This document shows positions 12,330 to 25,200 of a stretch of DNA of 64,000 bases, piece after piece (the stretch's first letter is position 1; each line of letters begins with the position of its first letter). The notes beneath the pieces are model-generated. The model searched no databases, was not told the origin of the DNA, and saw nothing but the letters and a program-made list of their open reading frames with translations. The stretch spans positions 310,001 through 374,000 of the forward strand of contig NIVC01000121.1 in NCBI GenBank assembly GCA_002269645.1. The letters run 5' to 3'. Source of the stretch: Macrostomum lignano. Taxonomy: Eukaryota. A program made the position numbers and the translations under genes.

Positions 12330-13130
12330 CGTATATTTTAGCGCCAATTCAGTTCTACAGACTAGATTTTAGCGCCAATTCAGCTCTACAGACTAGATTT
12401 TAGCGCCAATTCAGCTCTACAGACTAGATTTTAGCGCCAATTCAGCTCTACAGACTAGATTTTAGCGCCAATTCAGCTCTACAGACTAGATTTTAGCGCC
12501 AATTCAGCTCTACAGACTAGATTTTAGCGCCAATTCAGCTCTACAGACTAGATTTTAGCGCCAATTCAGTTCTACAGACTAGATTTTAGCGCCAATTCAG
12601 TTCTACAGACTAGATTTTAGCGCCAATTCAGCTCTACAGACTAGATTTTAGCGCCAATTCAGCTCTACAGACTAGATTTTAGCGCCAATTCAGCTCTACA
12701 GACTAGATTTTAGCGCCAATTCAGCTCTACAGACTAGATTTTAGCGCCAATTCAGTTCTACAGACTAGATTTTAGCGCCAATTCAGCTCTGCAGATTAGA
12801 TTTTAGCGCCAATTCAGCAACACAGGCTAGATTTTAGCGCCAATTCAGCAACACAGGCTAGATTTTAGCGCCAACTCAGCAACACAGATTAGATTTTAGC
12901 GCCAATTCAGCAACACAGGCTAGATTTTAGCGCCAACTCAGCAACACAGGCTAGATTTTAGCGCCAATTCAGCAACACAGGCTAGATTTTAGCGCCAATT
13001 CAGCAACACAGACTAGATTTTAGCGCCAATTCAGCAACACAGGCTAGATTTTAGCGCCAACTCAGCAACACAGGCTAGATTTTAGCGCCAATTTAGCAAC
13101 ACAGGCTAGATTTTAGCGCCAACTCTGCTC
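12330..13130. repeat. 30-31-bp minisatellite (TAGATTTTAGCGCCAATTCAGCTCTACAGAC)n
   Basis: Tandem units; the variant with CAACACAGGC takes over after about 12810. Confidence 0.95.
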
Positions 13131-13751
13131 CGAGTTAAAAACTAGATTTTAACGCAATTTTTTAGCGCCAGTATACTTTTGAGCCATTTTGTGGGCTGGA
13201 AATTCCTTCAATTATTTACAAGAAGATTTGATGATTTTAGTAAAACTTAATTGATTCAGATTGCAACGGCCTCTCTTACTAAGCTCGTAGTCATAGCGTC
13301 TAAAAATGAGGGTGTTTCAACAATAACCTGGACTGCTAAAACTTCTATATAGGTTCTCCTTTTAAGCGAGGCCCAGAATGCAGACACGAGATTTAGAGGG
13401 AGGAGGGGGGGGGGCAATGAGAGGCGGAAAACCGGGAGTGTCACAGAAACCGACCGAGAGACGCAAGTAGGAAAGGAGAGGAGGGGATTGACGAGCGGGG
13501 GGGGGGCGGCGGCGGGTCCGGAAAAAGCGCGCGAGCAAGCGCGTGTGTAGCGCGCAAAAGTATCCATGTTATATTATTATTGCCATCACTCGTAGAATTT
13601 TCAGGCCTAAATCCAGACCCTCGGCAGACATCGAGGGCTGAGGAAAGTCGGAGGTTAAAAGGGAGGCTATCCCTACTTTTTCGTCTTTGAAAATGTGCGC
13701 ACGATTTGCTACTGACTCATACTTGCGCGTATCATGCGAAACTTGCACTTT

Positions 13752-14060
13752 TTAGTGTGTTTTGGCGCTCTGAGGTGTGTTTTGGGGCTCTGATGTGTGT
13801 TTTGGCGCTCTGAGCTGGTGTGTTTTGGCGCTCTGAGGTGTGTTTTGGGGCTCTGATGTGTGTTTTGGCGCTCTGAGCTGGTGTGTTTTGGCGCTCTGAG
13901 GTGTGTTTTGGCGCTCTAATGTGAGTTTTGGCGCTCTGAGATGTGTTTTGGCGCTCTGAGGTGCGTTTTGGCGCTCAGAGGTGTGTTTTGGCACTCTGAG
14001 GTGTGTTTTGGCGCTCTGAGATGTGTTTTGGCGCTCTGAGGTGCGGATTGGCGCTCTGGG
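13752..14060. repeat. About 20-bp minisatellite (GTGTGTTTTGGCGCTCTGAG)n
   Basis: Tandem units read directly. Confidence 0.9.
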
Positions 14061-14670
14061 GTTGCGTATTAAACGCACGAAAAAACCATAAATTTAATTG
14101 AGCTATAACTAATGATCTTTCAATACCGCTCGAATTACGAACTATACATGTAGATGTAAATCTGTTCAAAATGTAGAACAGTAAGTGACTCTGTAGTTAA
14201 TACGGTTTCAGGCTGCAAGGGCTAGACTGTAATCGATGCTTTCGAAAATCGCAATTAATGCTTTAATTGTAACGAGAGTTCTTGAGAAAACTTATTAACA
14301 GTAATATTAAAAGCCACCTGAATTTGCTACATGTTGTGCAAGTTCTGACAAAGTCCGGTTTCTATGCTATGCAAGTCGTTGACGATTTTGGCGCGAATAT
14401 ACTCAAATTCTAACTACTATACTTAACAACTTTGGCGCCAATAAACAGAAGTCTTGGCGCCATTAAATTTTGACGAAGAAAGAACTTAAAACAGTACACA
14501 ATTTTTATTAAATTTAGGAAGCACCCTTCATTATTTTATTTAAGAATTTCTGCGGCTTTTGTTAGACAATACGGCTTAAGTTTGTGCTCGAATCAACTAC
14601 TGATAAGTAGTAATGCAAGGGTTTGCCTTTGACGAGTTTAATGACTGATATCTTCATTTACCTTTAGCTT

Positions 14671-15055
14671 TAATACCCCATCTAGCACCCCTAATATCCC
14701 ATCTAGCACCCCTAATACCCCATCTAGCACCCTTAATACCCTATCTAGCACTCCTAATACCCATCTAGCACCCGAATACCCTATCTAGCAACCCTAATAC
14801 CCATCTAGCACCCCTAATACCCTATCTAGCACCCGTTATCCCCATTTAGCGTCCCTAATATCCCATCTAGCACCCTTAATACCCCATCTAGCACCCTTAA
14901 AATTCCATCTAGCACCTCTAAATACCCCATCTAGCACCTCTAAATACCCCATCTAGCACCCTTGATACCCCATCTAGCACCTTTAATACCCCATCTAGCA
15001 CCTCTAATACCCCATCTGGCACCCTTAATACTCCACTTAGCGTCCCTAATATCCC
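14671..15055. repeat. About 21-bp minisatellite (TAATACCCCATCTAGCACCCC)n
   Basis: Degenerate tandem units. Confidence 0.9.
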
Positions 15056-15519
15056 AGCATATAAAGAATTGATGTTTTAGCAAGCCATAACAATAATTTA
15101 AACCAGATACTGTAATGAAAAGACAATGATGTGGTCTACAATGATGATCAATACCAATATATTGGACAATACTCTACAGAAAACCAGAGCACAAACACAC
15201 AGGACACAAGACCGCGGGGACATTTTGAAGGCAACAATAATTATAAATTATGATAATACAAGAAAAAATATATTTTAAAAAAATATACGCTTGATAAACA
15301 AAAAGCTACTTGATTAAAAATATTTTTCGATATTTTATTACATTTTATTTGACCTTGATATACTCGTAGCAAAGTGAAACGGCATTTAAATGTGAAGGCT
15401 GGATTTTTCCATTATCAACAGCGACAAAAATTATAATAGATGGTTCAAAACTGAAGCGACAAAAAATAGGGATTCAGAGCGCAACAATAAAGCTGTAGCA
15501 GTGTGTGTTAAACTGGCAT

Positions 15520-16240
15520 TGGGGCGCCGAAATTGGGATTAGGGCGCCAATATAGGGATTAGGGATTAGGATTGGGGCGCCAATATTAGGATTGGGGCGC
15601 CAAAGTTGGGATTAGGGCGCCAATATAGGGATTAGGGATTAGGATATTAGGATTGGGGCGCCAATATTAGGATTGGGGCGCCAAAGTTAGGATTGGGGCG
15701 CAAATATTGGGATCGGGGCACCAACATTGGGATTGGGGCGCAAATATTGGGAACGGGGCACCAATATTGGGATCGGGGCGCCAATATTGGGATTGGGGCG
15801 CAAATATTGGGAACGGGGCACCAATATTGGGATCGGGGCGCCAATATTGGGATTGGGGCGCCAAAATTGGGATCGGGGCGACAAAATTGGGATCGGGGCG
15901 CCAATATTGGGATTGGGGCGCCAAAATTGGGATTGGGGCGCCAAAATTGGGATCGGGGCGACAAAATTGGGATTGGGGCGCCAAAATTGGGATTGGGGCG
16001 CCAAAATTGGGATTGGAGCGACAAAATTGGGATTGGGGCGCCAAAATTGGGATCGGGGCGCCAAAATTGGGATTGGGGCGCCAAAATTGAGATTGGGGCG
16101 CCAAAATTGGGATCGGGGCGCCAAAATTGGGATTGGGGCGCCAAAATTGAGATTGGGGCGACAAAATTAGGATTGGCGGCGCCGAAATTTGTGATTTGAG
16201 TTTGGCGCGCACAGAAAGTGGGATGAATTGGCGCCAAAAT
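15520..16240. repeat. 20-bp minisatellite (GGGATTGGGGCGCCAAAATT)n just 3' of the Argonaute stop
   Basis: Tandem units containing GGCGCC and CCAATATTGG palindromes. Confidence 0.95.
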
Positions 16241-16281
16241 TGGCTAGAGATTTTAGAACTTGAAGTCGGTTCGAGAAGTTC

Positions 16282-19200
16282 CTACAAAAAGAACATGCTG
16301 TCGTCCCTCGAATAAGCAGGCTCAATCTTTTCGAGTCTTAGCGAGGCCGGATCCGTGGCGGCAGACTGGCGCGAGCTGACACTGCTAGCGTCGGGACTGG
16401 AGTCCTCGCCTTGCCAAGTTCGGGCTCTGAATGCGCACAGGTGAGCGTAGTACACTGGAGAGGGGATGCTCACCTGTAGAGATATTGGAACATGCTATAT
16501 GTACACACACTGCATAGTAGAAATATTCAGTATTGAAATCGTCTGACTTTATTGAAAATCTCTTATTACATCGAACAATGTACTGAGGCAATTTCACAAC
16601 CAGAACCTAGTCACATTCACAACACAACCTAGTCTCATTCACATAAAAAACTAGTCACATTCACAACACAATCCAGTCACTTTCACAACACAACCTAGTC
16701 TCATTCACAACTTAGTGACATTCACAACCTAGTCACATTCACAACACAACCTAGCCACATTCATATAAAAAACTAGTCACATTAACAACACAACCTAGTC
16801 TCATTCACAACCTAGTCTCATTAACAACACAACCTAGTCTCATTCACAACCTAGTCACATTAACAACACAACCTAGTCTCATTCACAACCTAGTCACATT
16901 AACACAACCTAGTCTCATTCACAACCTAGTCACATTAACAACACAACCTAGTCTCATTCACAACACAACCTAGTCTCATTCACAACACAACCTAGTCTCA
17001 TTCACAACCTAGTCTCATTCACAACACAACCTAGTCTCATTCACAACACAACCTAGTCTCATTCACAACCTAGTCACATTAACACAACCTAGTCTCATTC
17101 ACAACCTAGTCACATTAACAACACAACCTAGTCTCATTCACAACACAACCTAGTCTCATTCACAACCTAGTCTCATTCACAACACAACCTAGTCACATTA
17201 ACACAACCTAGTCTCATTCACAACCTAGTCACATTAACAACACAACCTAGTCTCATTCACAACACAACCTAGTCTCATTCACAACCTAGTCTCATTCACA
17301 ACACAACCTAGTCACATTAACAACACAACCTAGTCTCATTCACAACCTAGTCACATTAACAACACAGCCTAGTCAAATTCACAACACAACCTAGTCTCAT
17401 TCACAACACAACCTAGTCTCATTCACAACACAACCTAGTCACATTCACAACACAACCTAGTCACATTTACATCAAAAACAAGTCACATTAACAACACAAG
17501 TACACAACCTAGTCTCATTCACAACCTAGTCAAATTCACAACACAACCTAGTCACATTCACAACACAACCTAGTCACATTCACAACACAACCTAGTCACA
17601 TTCACAACACAACCTAGTCACATTCACAACACAACCTAGTCTCATTCACATCAAAAACTAGTCAAATTCACAACACAACCTAGTCACATTCACAACACAA
17701 CCTAGTCACATTCACAACACAACCTAGTCTCATTCACATCAAAAACTAGTCTCATTCACAACACAACCTAGTCACATTCACAACACAACCTAGTCACATT
17801 CACAACACAACCTAGTCTCATTCACATAAAAAACTAGTCAAATTCACAACACAACCTAGTCACATTCACAACACAACCTAGTCTCATTCACATCAAAAAC
17901 TAGTCACATTAACAACACAACCTAGTCACATTCACAACACAACCTAGTCACATTCACAACACAACCTAGTCACATTAACAACACAACCTAGTCTCATTCA
18001 CAACACAACCTAGTCACATTCACAACACAACCTAGTCTCATTCACAACACAACCTAGTCTCATTCACATCAAAAACTAGTCAAATTCACAACACAACCTA
18101 GTCACATTCACAACACAACCTAGTCTCATTCACAATCTAGTCACATTCACAACACTTTCAGCGTACACCACTCACCGATCTGGTGCAGCGCATGTACACG
18201 TGGCACAGGTAGTAGGTGAACAACTGCAGATCGTCAGAGCTCCACTTATTGTCATCCCACAGCACGTGGTACAGAGACGGCTTGGAGGTGCCCTGGATGC
18301 CTTCATGGCTAAGCAGATAGAAATTGAACTCCCGTTTGTGCACTATGTCAGTGTCCACCACAGTGCCTGCCGGGCAATTGCCGCTCTTGCCAACAGCATC
18401 CTGCCTACTAGCTGGGAACAAGCGAGTATGGTGCCGCTTGCCAACTATGATGAAGGTGATTCGAGGCTCGTACTCGTTGCCGGTCGCCATCTCCGTGCAA
18501 GCCTGCTGGATTGCGGCAACCTCGTGTCTGAGGACTTCGGTGAATTGGCCCTCTGAGACGCCGTCTCTGTAGAACATTATGCTGGTAGGCTTAAAGCCGT
18601 TGCGCTTGTAGAACTTCAATAGCAGGGCTTTGACTGCGCCTTTCATATCGTCTATCACCTCCTTCACAGCGTTGGTCTCAGTGCCTTTGCGAGACACCTG
18701 ACAGAGTTGAGAAGAGCGAAGAAGGTTTGCTGCTAGGTTTTGTGAAATTGCTTGTGTCTCCTGTCTCAGCCTCATCTGTCCGTATAAAAGTGGGACTGTC
18801 ACATTTTTTTGGTGACAGTCGAAATTGTGACACTGCTTGTCACGCTTGTGACAGTGATGTGACAGTCAGTTATTAATGTGACCGTCGATGTGACACTCAA
18901 ATGTGACACTCAAACAAACTGTCACAGCTGTGACCGTCCATGTGACAGTGAAATATTGTCACCAGTGTGACCGTCGATGTGACACTCAAATGTGACACTA
19001 AAAAAAACTGTCACTGCTGTGACCGTCCATGTGCCTCGTGTGTTTAGTTGTTTTAAGCAATGGTAAAAAACTAACAATTTGGTAGAGTAATATTTCCGGT
19101 GCATCATTTTTTCTATTAAACGTGGTCTAGTTATTAGACATGTTAATTACGTGCCTCAATTTCTGTGCATAATCATCAAGTCAAATAAGTATTTCCACGT

Positions 19201-22200
19201 GTATTGTTATACACATCTGCAATACAATCCACTCCACTTATCCAGTCAAGCACGTACATGCACGATATTTCAGTAGCAAACTAATAAATCAATCAAGATC
19301 ACTGGTTCACTGACATCCCCCTTGTCTTTAGTCGTCCAACCCATCTCCGTCTTCCTCATCCTCTTCAATTTAAGCTCGTAATTGCTTGAAAGTTTTTTCC
19401 TACTCAAGTATAGGTGATGGAGGGTGGGTATACTCGTTCAGCTCAAGCAGTAAGCCAGCTTCTTTTAATTCATATGTTCTAGTTTGCTCATTCGAGTTAG
19501 AAATTGTAAATATAAATTTAACGAAACACAGCAGATACACAGAAAATAAAGAGATAATACACAAAAATAGCAACTCGAGGAGGAACTTCAATGCGAATCT
19601 AGCAATCGAAAAATGTTTTAGGAAACAATGTTGTACAACTTGGGTTCACATGACAACACATCGACTGTCACACAAGAGACAGTTTTTCGACTGTCACATT
19701 TGAGTGTCACATCGACTGTCACAGTGGTGACAGTTTCTTAGAGTGTCACATTTGAGTGTCACATCGACTGTCACAGCGGTGACAGTTTCTTAGAGTGTCA
19801 CATTTGAGTGTCACATCGACTGTCACAGCGGTGACAGTTTCTTAGAGTGTCACATTTGAGTGTCACATCGACTGTCACAGTGGTGACAGTTTCTTAGTGT
19901 GACATTTGAGTGTCACATCGACTGTCACAGTGGTGACAGTTTCTTAGTGTGACATTTGAGTGTCACATCGACTGTCACAGTGGTGACAGTTTCTTAGTGT
20001 GACATTTGAGTGTCACATCGACTGTCACAGTGGTGACAGTTTCTTAGTGTGACATTTGAGTGTCACATCGACTGTCACAGTGGTGACAGTTTCTTAGAGT
20101 GTCACATTTGAGTGTCACATCGACTGTCACAGCGGTGACAGTTTCTTAGTGTGACATTTGAGTGTCACATCGACTGTCACAGTGGTGACAGTTTCTTAGT
20201 GTCACATTTGAGTGTCACATCGACTGTCACAGCGGTGACAGTTTCTTAGTGTCACATTTGAGTGTCACATCGACTGTCACAGCGGTGACAGTTTCTTAGA
20301 GTGTCACATTTGAGTGTCACATCGACTGTCACAGCGGTGACAGTTTCTTAGTGTCACATTTGAGTGTCACATCGACTGTCACAGCGGTGACAGTTTCTTA
20401 GTGTGACATTTGAGTGTCACATCGACTGTCACAGTGGTGACAGTTTCTTAGTGTCACATTTGAGTGTCACATCGACTGTCACAGCGGTGACAGTTTCTTA
20501 GTGTCACATTTGAGTGTCACATCGACTGTCACAGTGGTGACAGTTTCTTAGAGTGTCACATTTGAGTGTCACATCGACTGTCACAGCGGTGACAGTTTCT
20601 TAGTGTCACATTTGAGTGTCACATCGACTGTCACAGTGGTGACAGTTTCTTAGAGTGTCACATTTGAGTGTCACATCGACTGTCACAGCGGTGACAGTTT
20701 CTTAGAGTGTCACATTTGAGTGTCACATCGACTGTCACAGCGGTGACAGTTCTTAGAGTGTCACATCGACTGTCACAGCGGTGACAGTTTCTTAGAGTGT
20801 CACATTTGAGTGTCACATCGACTGTCACACTTGTGACAGCTTATTTCACTGTCACATCGACGTTCACATTTGAGTGTCACATCAACGGTCACAGTGGTGA
20901 CAGTTTATTTGACTCACATTTGAGTGTCACAATGAAGGGTCACATGTGATACAGTCATTTGAGTGTCACAAAACTGTCACATAGTCAAAATGTGAGAGTC
21001 CCACTTTTATACGGGGTAGTCTCTCCTGTCTTATTCTCATCTAGTCTCTCCTGTCTCACCCTCATCTAGTGTCTAATCTCACAATCATCTAGTCTCTCTA
21101 ATCTCACTCTCATCTAGTCTCTCGTGTCTCACTCTCATCTAGTCTCTCCGTCTCACCCTCATCTAGTCTCTCCTGCCTCACTCTCATCTAGTCTCTGCTG
21201 TCTCCCCCTTATCTAGTCTCTCCTGTCTCATCTTCATCTAGTCTCTCCTGTCTCATCTTCATCTAGTCTCTCCTGTCTCACACCCTCCCTTCAAGCTGAA
21301 TTCCTAACAAAGCAACACCGATCCGTCCCCAATGCCTGACCTGCTCCCTAAACTCGGCCGAATATCGAGTAAAATTGACATCCATGGAGGCGACCACAGC
21401 AGCAATAGACTTTCGAATAGAATTGTCGCCAGTTGGCGCAGGGTGGGTGACGTCAGCTCCAAACACAATCATTGGCTCCTTGACGATGGCGCGACCTTCA
21501 GCGTTGAGATCTCGCGCCAGCTGGTCCAGACGCCAATTGATGCCGCCCAGCTTGCCGTTGATCTTCAACAGGATGTTGCCAACTGTCTGCGGAGACGGCG
21601 CCCGTGGGCCTTCAACATTCTTGGACAGCACCGCCTGAGTAATGATGCCGTACTTGAGATCGCCTAGACTCTTAATAGTCTTATAAGACTCTTTGTCGAA
21701 CGCGTTCACCACAAACATTGCGAACTCAATTTTGTCCTTTTGAAACTCGCGAAACATGCGATCGATCAAGTCGTGATTGGGCCGGCCCTCCTTAACGTAC
21801 TTGCAGTTGTCCTCGCGCAGCGGGATGCCGTTCTGGCCCGCTTGCTGCGTCAGCATATTGAAAAACGGCATATCGTTGCGAACCCGATCGTCCAGGTTGA
21901 CGAAGGCCCATCTTTGCACCTGGAGAGATCGGCGATGAACTGTAAAAACGACTAAGTTGGTACAGGATTTTAACGCAACCCACCTTGACCTGATCTCGAC
22001 CCATCATTCCCTGATGAAAACGGTACCTAAGCCATTTGAAGCGCTTTATTTTCTGCGACTCTTGAAACGACTCAGGGACTGTAGAGTCGTATTTAAGCCG
22101 TGAGTTGCGTCTGAAGCGCATTTGGGCTGCTTGATTTATATCATTTTGACCCACTTTCAGAACCTTATAGTGTATCTACAATAAAAAAACGCTTTGAGAG

Positions 22201-25200
22201 TGCTTTCACTTTTGATCGACCTTTTTTGGTTCAAACAAGTCCGTATTCCTCACCCTGCATAAGTAGTAGGAAAATGGTACGGTCTGGCCCACGTCGCTGA
22301 TTGGCTGGCCAATCAGCGAGGGGGAGCCAATCAGCGAGGGGGGCCAATCAGCGGGGGGAGCCAATCAGCGAGGGGGAGCAAATCAGCGAGGGGGAGCCAA
22401 TCAGCGAGGGGGAGCCAATCAGCGAGGGGGAGCAAATCAGCGAGGGGGAGGCCCCGGAGGTGGGGCGGGGCAGGCCGGAGGTAAAGGTGGGACAAGCCAG
22501 AGGCGGGGGCAGGCCGAGGGAGGGGCAGGCCAAGGGTGGGGTCGGGCAGGCCGGATATAGCTAAAATAGCTAGGCATGTACATGTACGTACACTCTAGCG
22601 CGAGAGTCGGACGCCCCTCCAGACTACGGACGGACAGATTAAACAAGATCCAATCAATTACCTGTCCAGCCTCGAAAAACACGGCATTCCTGGCGTCCCA
22701 CTTGCCAGGACCCCTGTCCAACTTGACGCTCTGGTTCTTGGCATAGCCGATAGCCGGACTGCCTAGCACTCGACCCCAGAGTTGCAGCATCCGGACGTCG
22801 ATGTTGACCTTAAACTCGGCAAGGTAGCCACTCCGATTTAGATCGAGTCGCTTGAGCCGATCTTCAATTTCGGCTTTTCGTTGCTCGGCCGGTACGGCCG
22901 CTTTGCGAATGATTGCGCTAACAATTTCACCCTCTTTGTCCGGCGGTTTCTGATACGGCATCATTGTGCACAGCTCCACAGGTAGAAGGGTGTTTCGGTT
23001 GCTAGACACTTTAGCGCAAGGCATGTACGGATACTTCAGATCTCTACCGTACTGTTTTTTAAAGTACTGCTGCACCGTTAGTTGGGAACCATCGTCCAGA
23101 GTAATCGTAGAAGCAGCTGGAGATCGCTTCAGGTCGAAGATGGTATGCTTGCGGGTGAAGTTGTGACCTTCTTTGGTCTTGTAGTGGCTGGCCTCAACCC
23201 GGCACATCTTCACCAGCTTGCCAAGTATGATTCTATCTCTATCTGACAGCTCTCGATTCCAAACATCATCTCGCCAGCGTTTACTTTTGCCAATTTCGTA
23301 GAGCAGATCGGCCAGGTTCTTGCTGGGATAGCAGGCCACCTGATAGTAAAGCAGGATAGTAGACTGTAGATGAGGGATAGTAGAGTGTAGGTGAGGGATA
23401 GTAGAGTGTAGGTGAGGGATAGTAGAGTGTAGATGAGGGATAGTAGAGTGTAGGTGAGGGATAGTAGACTGTAGATGAGGGATAGTAGAGTGTAGGTGAG
23501 GGATAGTAGAGTGTAGGTGAGGGATAGTAGAGTGTAGATGAGGGATAGTAGAGTGTAGATGAGGGATAGTAGAGTGTAGATGAGGGATAGTAGACTGTAG
23601 ATGAGGGATAGTAGAGTGTAGGTGAGGGATAGTAGAGTGTATATGAGGGATAGTAGACTGTAGGTGAGGGATAGTAGACTGTAGATGAGGGATAGTAGAG
23701 TGTAGGTGAGGGATAGTAGAGTGTAGATGAGGGATAGTAGAGTGTAGATGAGGGATAGTAGAGTGTAGATGAGGGATAGTAGAGTGTAGATGAGGGATAG
23801 TAGACTGTAGATGAGGGATAGTAGAGTGTAGGTGAGGGATAGTAGACTGTAGATGAGGGATAGTAGAGTGTAGGTGAGGGATAGTAGAGTGTAGATGAGG
23901 GATAGTAGAGTGTAGATGAGGGATAGTAGAGTGTAGGTGAGGGATAGTAGAGTGTAGATGAGGGATAGTAGACTGTAGATGAGGGATAGTAGACTGTAGA
24001 TGAGGGATAGTAGACTGTAGATGAGGGATAGTAGACTGTAGATGAGGGATAGTAGACTGTAGATGAGGGATAGTAGACTGTAGATGAGGGATAGTAGACT
24101 GTAGATGAGGGATAGTAGACTGTAGATGAGGGATAGTAGACTGTAGATGAGGGATAGTAGACTGTAGATGAGGGATAGTAGACTGTAGATGAGGGATAGT
24201 AGACTGTAGATGAGGGATGGTAGAATGTAGATGAGGGAGGGATAGTGGGTACAGCCTAGTGGTTAGAGCATCATACTGAACCCCTAACTACTGAAAGGTC
24301 GGGGGGTTCGATTCTCGACCCACTCTCGGAACAGTTTGTGTCCTTGAGCAAGACACTTAACTCTGCATTGCTTCAGTTCACCCAGCTGTAAAATGGGTGC
24401 CAGCATTAGCTGGGGTAATTGAGGGTGTGTGTGGCGACCCCCCAGTCCTTGGACTGAACAGCCGTACGCAGCCTTCAGATGCGTCACGCAATAGCTGCGG
24501 CTGAGCTGTCGGTTGCACATCTGCGTATTATGATATTCATCAATTAAAATACAGCAGTATAATACATGAGAGATAATATGATAGAAGAAGAGTAGACAGT
24601 AGAACAGTTGATTAGAGACAGTGGAGTAGATATCATATCAGTCACTAACTAACCTGGGTATTATCAACATTGAGTCGCACAGACCACTGCGGTCTCAGGC
24701 TAGCAAACAGGCCCTGATGCATGACCCAGGGCAAGTCGCCTTCGCGCTGACCCAACGGCACCGACCGTTCAAAGAACAGCGCCCTGGAGCCAATGGGCAC
24801 CATAGACTTTTCAATAAATGTAGCTTTTAAAAGTACATCCACAACTCGGATAGCATCAATGGGTATGTCGGCGGTGCCCATCTCTGTAGTCAAATAGGTC
24901 GAAATGTCGCCAAAATGACGGGTAGGCGTGCGAGATTCGACTACGAGGACCGAATACTCGTTCTCGCCCTCGCCGCTATCTTTGGGCAAGAGTACCCGCT
25001 TTTTGAAAGTGCTTTCGCTGGAGACGCCAGGCAGTTTGTCCAAGAAATAGGCCACCCGTCGGCCGTCATAGATGTACCTGAGATTGATTTGGCGTTGTTT
25101 AAAAGTATCTTTTAAGTATCTATATCTTTATCACACAAATTCATTAACATTGCCTGGCTATTTCGGGGCACAGATACTAGAATAACTAGATGGGCCACTC

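Noticed and set aside
19386-19703. Short ORFs inside the TIR element as a transposase remnant
   Set aside because: No DDE, HTH or other transposase motif was recognised, and the frames are broken.
22010-22045. CTGATGA hammerhead-like core
   Set aside because: No correctly placed GAAA or stems II/III.
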